A DNA stretch of 19,637 nt from assembly GCF_006345805.1 (NCBI RefSeq), contig NW_021824415.1:1-19637 (forward strand), written 5' to 3'. Positions within the stretch are counted from its first letter, which is position 1. Each line of letters starts with the position of its first letter. The translations under genes were made by a program, and so were the position numbers. The DNA comes from Octopus sinensis (taxonomy: Eukaryota). Under the pieces are notes generated by a model. The model saw nothing but the letters and a program-made list of their open reading frames with translations, made no database searches and had not been told where the DNA came from. Below are positions 11,785 to 19,637 of this stretch, in pieces.

Positions 11785-13014
11785 ACTTTCTAAAAATTTT
11801 TGGGTAAAATTTTCGTTGAAAATTTTCGAAAAATCTTTGGGAAAAATTTTCGGTGAAAACTTTGACAAAATTTTGGTTAAACTTTTAGGTGAAAATTTTC
11901 GAAAAAAATTTGGGAAAAAATTCCCGAAAAAATTTGGGCAAAATTTTTGATAAATTTTTGGGTAAAATTTTCGGTGAAAATTTTCGAAAAATTTTTGGGT
12001 AAAATTTTCGAAATATTTTTGGGTAAAATTTTCGAAAAATTTTTGGGGAAAATTCTCGGTGAAAATTTTCTAAAAATTTTTGGGTAAATTTTCGGTGAAA
12101 ATTTTCTAACAATTTTTGGGGGAAAATTTTCGGGAAAAATTTTCGAAAAATGTTTGGGTAAAATTTTCGAACAATTTTTGGAGGAAATTTTCGGTGAAAA
12201 TTTTCTAAAGAATTTGGGTAAAATTTTCTAAAAATTTTTGGTGAAAATTTTCTGTGAAAATATTTATGTAAAATTTTCGGTGAAAATTTTCAAAAATTTT
12301 TGGGTAAAATTTTCGGTGATAATTTTTGGTGAAAATTTTCGAAGAACTTTTTGGTAAAATTTTCGAAAAATTTTTGGGTAAAATTTTTGGTGAAAATTAA
12401 AAAAAAATTTTTGGGTAAAATTTTCGGAAAAATTTTCGAAAAAAATTTGGGAAAAAATTCCCGAAAAACTTTTGGGCAAAATTTTTGATAAATTTTTGGG
12501 TAAAATTTTCGAAAAAAATTTGGGAAAAAATTCCCGAAAAACTTTTGGGCAAAATTTTCGGTGTAAATTTTCGAAAAATTTTTGGTAAAATTTTTAAAAA
12601 ATTTTTGGTGAAAATTTTCTGTGAAAATATTTATGTAAAATTTTCGGTGAAAATTTTCAAAAATTTTTTCAAAAAAGTTTTTCAAAAATTTTTTCAAAAA
12701 TTTTTGGGTAAAATTTTCGGTGAAAATTTTCGGAAAATTTTTGGGTAAAATTTTCGAAAAATTTTTGGGTTAAAATTTTCGAAAAATTTTTGGGTAAAAT
12801 TTTCGAAAAATTTTTGGTGAAAATTATCGATCAATTTTTGGGTAAAGTTTTCAAAATATTTTTTGTGAAAATTTTCGAAAAGTCTTTAGAAAAATTTTTG
12901 AAAATTTTGTGGAGGAAAGTTTTTGGGGGAAATTTTCGGAAAATTTTTGATGAAAGTTTTCGAAAACTTTTGAAAAATTTTTGGGGAAAATATTCGAAAA
13001 ATTTTTGGGTACAA

Positions 13015-13614
13015 TTTTCGGTGAAAATTTTGGAAAAATTTTTTGGGAAAAGTATGGAAGGCCAGCGGTGCCAAAATCACAAAGTATGGAAAGCCAGCGG
13101 TGCCAAAATCACAAAGTATGGAAAGCCAGCGGTGCCAAAATCAAAAAGTATGGAAAGCCAGCGGTGCCAAAATCACAAAGTATGGAAAGCCAGTGGTGAC
13201 AAAATCACAAAGTATGGAAAGCCAGCGGTGCCAAAATCACAAAGTATGGAAAGCCAGCGGTGACAAAATCACAAAGTATGGAAAGCCAGCGGTGCCAAAA
13301 TCACAAAGTATGGAAAGCCAGCGGTGACAAAATCACAATGTATGGAGACCTAGCGGTGCCAAAATCACAAAGTATTGCTTTCCATACTTTGTGGTTCTGG
13401 CACCGCTGGCTTTCCATACTTGTGATTTTGGCACCGCTGGCCTTCCATACTTTGTGATTTTGGCACCGCTGGCTTTCCATACTTTGTGATTTTGGCACCG
13501 CTGCTTTCCATACTTTGTGATTTTGGCACCGATGGCTTTCCATACTTTGTGATTTTGGCACCGCTGGCCTTCCATACTTTTCCCCAAAAATTTTTTCAAA
13601 ATTTTCACCGAAAA
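13015..13614. repeat. Palindromic module 4
   Basis: Centre at 13375-13384. Confidence 0.95.
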
Positions 13615-14459
13615 ACTTTCTAAAAATTTTTGGGTAAAATTTTCGGTGAAAATTTTCGGAAAATTTTTAGTGAAAATTTTCGAAAAATTTTGGGTTAAAA
13701 TTTTCGAAAAATTTTTGGATAAAATTTTCGAAAAATTTTTGGTGAAAATTTTCTGTGAAAATTTTTATGTAAAATTTTCGGTGAAAATTTTCAAAAATTT
13801 TTGGGTAAAATTTTCGGTGAAAATTTTTGGTGAAAATTTTCGAAGAATTTTTTGGTAAAATTTTCGAAAAATTTTTGGGTAAAATTTTAGGTGAAAATAT
13901 GAAAAATTTTTGAGGAAGATTTCCCCAAAATTTAAAAAAAATTTTTAGGAAAAATAAAAAAAATTTGGGGACTCAAAAAATTTTTGAGGAAAATTTTAAA
14001 AAGTTTTTCAAAAATTTTTAAGAAAAATTTTCAAAAATTTTTGGGAAAAAGTTTGAAAAATTTTTGAGGAAAATTTTCAAAAGCTTTTTCAAAAATTTTT
14101 TCAAAAAAGTTTTCAAAAATTTTTGGGTAAAATTTTCGGTGAAAATTTTCGGAAAATTTTTGGGTAAAATTTTCGAAAAATTTTTGGGTTAAAATTTTCG
14201 AAAAATTTTTGGGTAAAATTTTCGAAAAATTTTTGTTGAAAATTTTCCATCAATTTTTGGGTAAAATTTTTAAAAAATTTTTGGTGTGAAAATTTTCGGA
14301 AAATTTTTAGTGAAAATTTTCGAAAAATTTTTGGGGAAAATTTTCGAAAAATTTTTGGGGAAAATTTTCGAAAAATTTTTGGTGAAAATTTTCGAAAAGT
14401 TTTTAGAAAAATTTTTAAAAAATTTTTGGTGAAAATTTTCGAAAAATTTTTGGGTACAA

Positions 14460-15055
14460 TTTTCGGTGAAAATTTTGGAAAAATTTTTGGGAAAAGTATG
14501 GAAGGCCAGCGGTGCCAAAATCACAAAGTATGGAAAGCCAGCGGTGCCAAAATCACAAGTATGGAAAGCCAGCGGTGCCAAAATCAAAAAGTATGGAAAG
14601 CCAGCGGTGCAAAATCACAAAGTATGGAAAGCCAGTGGTGACAAAATCACAAAGTATGGAAAGCCAGCGGTGCCAAAATCACAAAGTATGAAAGCCAGCG
14701 GTGCCAAAATCAAAAAGTATGGAAAGCCAGCGGTGCCAAAATCACAAAGTATGGAAAGCCAGCGGTGACAAAATCACAATGTATGGAGACCTAGCGTGCC
14801 AAAATCACAAAGTATTGCTTTCCATACTTTGTGGTTCTGGCACCGCTGGCTTTCCATACTTTGTGATTTTGGCACCGCTGGCCTTCCATACTTTGTGATT
14901 TTGGCACCGCTGGCTTTCCATACTTTGTGATTTTGGCACCGCTGGCTTTCCATACTTTGTGATTTTGGCACGATGGCTTTCCATACTTTGTGATTTTGGC
15001 ACCGCTGGCCTTCCATACTTTTCCCCAAAAATTTTTTCAAAATTTTCACCGAAAA
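14460..15055. repeat. Palindromic module 5
   Basis: Centre at 14815-14824; it has several shortened units. Confidence 0.95.
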
Positions 15056-15382
15056 ACTTTCTAAAAATTTTTGGGTAAAATTTTCGGTGAAAATTTTCGG
15101 AAAATTTTTAGTGAAAATTTTCGAAAAATTTTTGGGTTAAAATTTTCGAAAAATTTTGGGTAAAATTTTTAAAAAATTTTTGGTGAAAAATTTTCCATCA
15201 ATTTTTGGGTAAAATTTTCAAAAATTTTTTTGTGAAAATTTTCGAAAAGTTTTTAGAAAAATTTTTAAAAAATTTTGTGGAGGAAAGTTTTTGGGGGAAA
15301 TTTTCGGAAAATTTTTGATGAAAGTTTTCGAAAACTTTTGAAAAATTTTTGGGGAAAATATTCGAAAAATTTTTGGGTACAA

Positions 15383-15980
15383 TTTTCGGTGAAAATTTTG
15401 GAAAAATTTTTGGGAAAAGTATGGAAGGCCAGCGGTGCCAAAATCACAAAGTATGGAAAGCCAGCGGTGCCAAAATCACAAAGTATGGAAGCCAGCGGTG
15501 CCAAAATCAAAAAGTATGGAAAGCCAGCGGTGCCAAAATCACAAAGTATGGAAAGCCAGTGGTGACAAAATCACAAAGTATGGAAAGCCAGCGGTGCCAA
15601 AATCACAAAGTATGAAAGCCAGCGGTGCCAAAATCAAAAAGTATGGAAAGCCAGCGGTGCCAAAATCACAAAGTATGGAAGCCAGCGGTGACAAAATCAC
15701 AATGTATGGAGACCTAGCGGTGCCAAAATCACAAAGTATTGCTTTCCATACTTTGTGGTTCTGGCACCGCTGGCTTTCCATACTTTGTGATTTTGGCACC
15801 GCTGGCCTTCCATACTTTGTGATTTTGGCACCGCTGGCTTTCCATACTTTGTGATTTTGGCACCGCTGGCTTTCCATACTTTGTGATTTTGGCACCGATG
15901 GCTTTCCATACTTTGTGATTTTGGCACCGCTGGCCTTCCATACTTTTCCCCAAAAATTTTTTCAAAATTTTCACCGAAAA
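15383..15980. repeat. Palindromic module 6
   Basis: Centre at 15739-15748. Confidence 0.95.
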
Positions 15981-16306
15981 ACTTTCTAAAAATTTTTGGG
16001 TAAAATTTTCGGTGAAAATTTTCGGAAAATTTTTAGTGAAAATTTTCGAAAAATTTTTGGGTTAAAATTTTCGAAAAATTTTTGGATAAAATTTTCGAAA
16101 AATTTTTGGTGAAAATTTTCCATCAATTTTTGGGTAAAATTTTCAAAATATTTTTTGTGAAAATTTTCGAAAAGTTTTTAGAAAAATTTTTAAAAATTTT
16201 GTGGAGGAAAGTTTTTGGCGGAAATTTTCGGAAAATTTTTGATGAAAGTTTTCGAAAACTTTTCAAAAATTTTTGGGGAAAATTTTCGAAAAATTTTTGG
16301 GTACAA

Positions 16307-16908
16307 TTTTCGGTGAAAATTTTGGAAAAATTTTTTGGGAAAAGTATGGAAGGCCAGCGGTGCCAAAATCACAAAGTTTGGAAAGCCAGCGGTGCCAAAA
16401 TCACAAAGTATGGAAAGCCAGCGGTGCCAAAATCAAAAAGTATGGAAAGCCAGCGGTGCCAAAATCACAAAGTATGGAAAGCCAGTGGTGACAAAATCAC
16501 AAATTATGGAAAGCCAGCGGTGCCAAAATCACAAAGTATGGAAAGCCAGCGGTGCCAAAATCAAAAAGTATGGAAAGCCAGCGGTGCCAAAATCACAAAG
16601 TATGGAAAGCCAGCGGTGACAAAATCACAATGTATGGAGACCTAGCGGTGCCAAAATCACAAAGTATTGCTTTCCATACTTTGTGGTTCTGGCACCGCTG
16701 GCTTTCCATACTTTGTGATTTTGGCACCGCTGGCCTTCCATACTTTGTGATTTTGGCACCGCTGGCTTTCCATACTTTGTGATTTTGGCACCGCTGGCTT
16801 TCCATACTTTGTGATTTTGGCACCGATGGCTTTCCATACTTTGTGATTTTGGCACCGCTGGCCTTCCATACTTTTCCCCAAAAATTTTTTCAAAATTTTC
16901 ACCGAAAA
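16307..16908. repeat. Palindromic module 7
   Basis: Centre at 16667-16676. Confidence 0.95.
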
Positions 16909-17667
16909 ACTTTCTAAAAATTTTTGGGTAAAATTTTCGTTGAAAATTTTCGAAAAATCTTTGGGAAAAATTTTCGGTGAAAACTTTGACAAAATTTTTG
17001 GGTAAACTTTTAGGTGAAAATTTTCGAAAAAAATTTGGGAAAAAATTCCCGAAAAACTTTTGGGCAAAATTTTCGGTGTAAATTTCCGAAAAATTTTTGG
17101 GTAAAATTTTCGGTGAAAATTTTCGAAAAATTTTTGGGTAAAATTTTCCGTGAAAATTTTCGAAAACTTTTTGGGTAAAATTTTCGAAATATTTTTGGGT
17201 AAAATTTTCGAAAAATTTTTGGGTAAAATTTTCGGTGAAAATTTTCGAAAAGTTTTTAGGAAAAATTCTGAAAAATTTTCTGGAGGAAAATTTTAAAAAA
17301 TATTTGAGAAAAATTTTCAAAAAATTTTCGGGAAAAATTTTGAAATATTTTTGAGGAAGATTTCCCCAAAATTTTTCAAAAATATTTAGGAAAAATTTTT
17401 AATAATTTTTGGGAAATCTTCCTCAAACATTTTTGAGGAATATTTTCAAAAATCTTTCAAATACTTTTAGGAAAAATTTAAAAAAAGTTTTGAAGACATT
17501 TTTCAAAAAAGTTTGGGGAAAACTTTGAAAAATTTTGTGGGAACTTTTAAAAAACAAAAAAAAAATTTTTAGGAAGAATTTCGAAAAATTTTTGAGGAAA
17601 ATATTCAAAAAAGTATTCAAAAATTTTTGAGGAAAATATTCAAGAAATTTTGCCTCACCGCCTCACC

Positions 17668-18072
17668 AGCGAGGCGGTTACAATAGAATGTATTGACATT
17701 AGCTAAAAAGATGTCCTACTAACCATAGATGCTGTTCCAGACGGTTTCCCAGCCATCCTCCACAAAGCGTGTAAGCATGCCCTGGCAAAACCCCTCAAGA
17801 TTCTCTTCCAGAGCTTTCTTGCGAATGGCAAACTACCAAGCAAGCTGAAGGAGGGAATAATATGCCCAATACATAAAGGGGGAAGTAGAGCAGATGCCAA
17901 AAACTATAGGCCTATCTCTCTGACTTAACACATCAGCAAAGTCATGGAACGGATAGTCAGAAAGAAACTAATCGTATTCCTTGAGGAAAATAACTTGCTG
18001 AGTAATACCCAGCATGGTTTTCGACCAGGTAGGAGCTGCCTGACCCAGCCTTTACAGCATTATGACTGGGTG
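17668..18072 (+). mobile_element. CR1/L2/Jockey-group LINE ORF2 fragment (N-terminal RT region), inactivated
   Basis: Frame +1 reads PDGFPAILHKACKHALAKPLKILFQSFLANGKLPSKLKEGIICPIHKGGSRADAKNYRPISLT*HISKVMERIVRKKLIVFLEENNLLSNTQHGFRPGRSCLTQ. In-frame TAA codons occur at 17704 and 17926. Confidence 0.92.
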
Positions 18073-18097
18073 TTCGTCGTAATAACAGTGTAGCACA

Positions 18098-18150
18098 AAA
18101 CGGCGGTGCATCAGCATGGCCGCAGCTCTGAGCTGAAACTAGAAAAAAAA
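18098..18150 (+). mobile_element. 3'-terminal fragment of a related SINE
   Basis: ggcggtgcatcagcatggccgcagctctgagctgaaactagaaaa resembles the 3' end of the SINE at 3978-4396, in sense orientation. Confidence 0.7.
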
Positions 18151-18279
18151 TATATATGTATATATATATATATAATATATATATATATACGTATATATCA
18201 AATATATTTGTATCCATATATTACATCGATCCAGCCGTCCAATTTTCTTCTCTCCCGCTCTCTCATACACACACGCACA

Positions 18280-18311
<32 letters not shown>

Positions 18312-18365
18312 TTCACTCTGTCTATGTATCAATTTCTTTCTGTCTGTCTTTCCCTCCCTCCTTCT
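18151..18365. repeat. (TA)n, (CA)n, (CTGT)n and (CT)n microsatellites
   Basis: Visible runs. Confidence 0.85.
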
Positions 18366-18808
18366 TAGGAAATGAATTTCCAACGTTGCTTTGTGTACTC
18401 TTCGCGTTACTGTTTTTCTTTTTTTTTCTGTCTAGCCCAGGGCTTCATTATAAATTACAGGCTATATAAGTTTTTTAAAAAAATGTTCAAAGCTAGACTT
18501 AGATAAACTAAAATATTAACATTTAAACACAAATATGAGGCTTGAGAAGATATTGAAACGCGAGTGAATGATAAAATAAAACTAAACACAAAAACAATGG
18601 CGCGCACATATGAGGATGAAAGAGAATGAAAGAAGAGGATAGAAAGAGGAACGAATATATATTTAGAAAAATGTATTAATAAGTAAAACAAAATGTGAAG
18701 TATAAAATGGATGAAAATCTGATGGAAAAAAATGAACGGCTTAACTCACAGTTGAGAAAAATAGAGGAAGTTTATCTTGAATCCAGATTCTTGGTTAATC
18801 TGGCTAAA

Positions 18809-19189
18809 ATTTGGAAGCAATCCGTCGGTTACGACGACGAGGGTTCCGGTTGATCCGATCAACGGAACAGCCTGTTCGTGAAATTAACGTGTAAGTGGCT
18901 GAGCACTCCACAGACACGTGTACCCTTAACGTAGTTCTCAGGGATATTCAGCGTGACACAGGGTGTGACAAGGCCGGCCCTTTGAAATACAGATACAACA
19001 GAAACAGGAAGAGTGAGAGAAAGTTGTGGTGAAAGAGTACAGCAGGGATCACCACCATCCCCTGCCGGAGCCTCGTGGAGCTTTAGATGTTTTCGCTCAA
19101 TAAACACTCACAACGCCCGGTCTGGGAATCGAAACCGCGATTCTACGACCGCGAGTCCGCTGCCCTAACCACTGGGCCATTGCACCTCC
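18809..19189 (-). mobile_element. Full-length tRNA-derived SINE (second family) with a 10-bp target-site duplication
   Basis: Head GGAGGTGCAA, A box TGGCCCAGTGG (19169-19179) and B box GGTTTCGATTCC (19125-19136). The TSD tctggctaaa occurs at 18799-18808 and 19190-19199. Confidence 0.92.
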
Positions 19190-19196
19190 TCTGGCT

Positions 19197-19361
19197 AAAC
19201 TAACCTGTCTGACGACGGTCTAAACCCAGCTCACGTACCTTGTTAGTGGGTGAACAATCCAAGGCTTTGTGAATTCTGCATCGCAGTGATAGGAAGAGCC
19301 GACATCGCAGGCTAAAAAAAGCGACGTTGCTGCGAACGCTTGGCTGTCACAAGCCAGTTAT
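19197..19361 (-). pseudogene. 28S rRNA fragment (domain V, peptidyl-transferase centre/A-loop region)
   Basis: The minus strand reads ATAACTGGCTTGTG...CGATGTCGGCTCTTCCTATCA...GGATTGTTCACCCACTAA...GTGAGCTGGGTTTAGACCGTCGT.AGACAGGTTAGTTT. These are conserved LSU blocks, with scattered differences from the generic metazoan sequence as I recall it. Neither flank continues as rRNA. Confidence 0.92.
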
Positions 19362-19462
19362 TACAAAACAGTAATAAAATACGATTAAAGTTAGAATTAA
19401 AAAATAACATTCTGAGAACATTACTTTACATTTGATGGATATTTGTCCTCATCTTGTTTCTT

Positions 19463-19515
19463 AAGAACACTACGTTTCGGCTGACACTACGTTTCCAGCC
19501 TTCATCAGGTGTCTT
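19463..19515 (-). ncRNA. Minimal type I hammerhead ribozyme motif (Penelope-like-element type)
   Basis: Minus strand: AAGACAC-CUGAUGA-A-GGCUG(12-nt loop)CAGCC-GAAAC-GUA-GUGUUCUU. Stem I is ACAC/GUGU (extendable by AAG/CUU with a bulge), stem II is a perfect 5 bp, and stem III is the palindrome ACGU. Confidence 0.7.
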
Positions 19516-19562
19516 AGGGAAATTTCGAACCTGGGTTTTCATCCCTAAGGTATTTTTCGATA

Positions 19563-19568
19563 TTGTTG

Positions 19569-19637
<69 letters not shown>
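19563..19637. repeat. (TTG)n then (TTA)n microsatellite running to the window end
   Basis: Visible run. Confidence 0.97.

Larger units (their letters stand above)
7346..17651. repeat. Compound satellite array: 24-bp A/T-tract repeat plus seven palindromic 32-bp-unit modules (higher-order repeat)
   Basis: The background monomer approximates aaaaatttttgggtaaaattttcg (KIFEKFLG in the ORF track). Recurrent sub-blocks such as gaggaagatttcccc (~7948, 9771, 13912) and ggaggaaagttt occur before most modules. Confidence 0.95.

Noticed and set aside
8475-16908. CRISPR-like array (32-bp repeats)
   Set aside because: The units are contiguous with no unique spacers, they invert mid-array, the context is eukaryotic and there are no cas genes.
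7202-17620. Long K/F-rich ORFs (KIFEKFLG repeats) and MESQRCQNHKVWKASGAKITKYGKPAVPKSQS repeat ORFs
   Set aside because: These follow arithmetically from stop-free 24-bp and 32-bp units (3 x 32 bp = 32 aa). They appear on both strands and in several frames, and frequent indels break the frames.
7346-17651. Heat-shock elements or NF-kB sites in the satellite
   Set aside because: Spacing is wrong: ttcgaa has no 2-bp spacer, gaaaattttc has 4, and the gggaaaaaattccc tracts exceed the 10-bp kB consensus.
17657-17690. Helitron 3' end (hairpin plus CTRR) as the carrier of the satellite
   Set aside because: The hairpin is followed by tacaatag rather than CTRR, its right arm reads in frame with the LINE fragment, and no 5' TC terminus is seen at 7346.
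18408-18500. Strong polypyrimidine tract plus AG (~18437) as the acceptor for the candidate exon
   Set aside because: The phase-1 continuation (AQGFIINYRLYKFFKKMFKARLR*) is low-complexity, soon stops, and has no convincing donor.
19100-19189. Functional tRNA gene (also 4325-4396 and 6425-6478)
   Set aside because: A and B boxes are present, but each continues into a SINE body with a tail or TSD, and I could not fold a complete cloverleaf.
19197-19361. Functional rDNA unit, or an R1/R2 element insertion site
   Set aside because: It is only ~165 bp, flanked by non-rRNA sequence, and it does not include the R2 target sequence TTAAGGTAGC.

Overview
Eukaryotic, AT-rich, repeat-dominated window. 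The SINE families look like octopus/cephalopod ones, but that is my recognition and not a database result. No complete protein-coding gene is present. From left to right: microsatellites; a decayed RTE-clade LINE on the minus strand (~1.4-4.0 kb); several tRNA-headed SINEs; and one candidate signal-peptide exon (4686-4830). A ~10.3 kb compound satellite (7346-17651) follows, in which a 24-bp A/T-tract repeat is interrupted seven times by ~450-610 bp palindromic modules built from a 32-bp unit. After it come a CR1/L2-like RT fragment, a full-length SINE with a 10-bp TSD, a ~165-bp 28S rRNA fragment (peptidyl-transferase region) and a Penelope-type minimal hammerhead ribozyme motif beside a (TTA)n tract. 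Apart from ORFs over the RTE remnant and the candidate exon, the supplied ORFs are artefacts of simple or tandem repeats and other non-coding sequence. Coordinates were read by eye and boundaries may be off by a few bases. Homopolymer lengths and small indels inside the satellite may include long-read consensus error.
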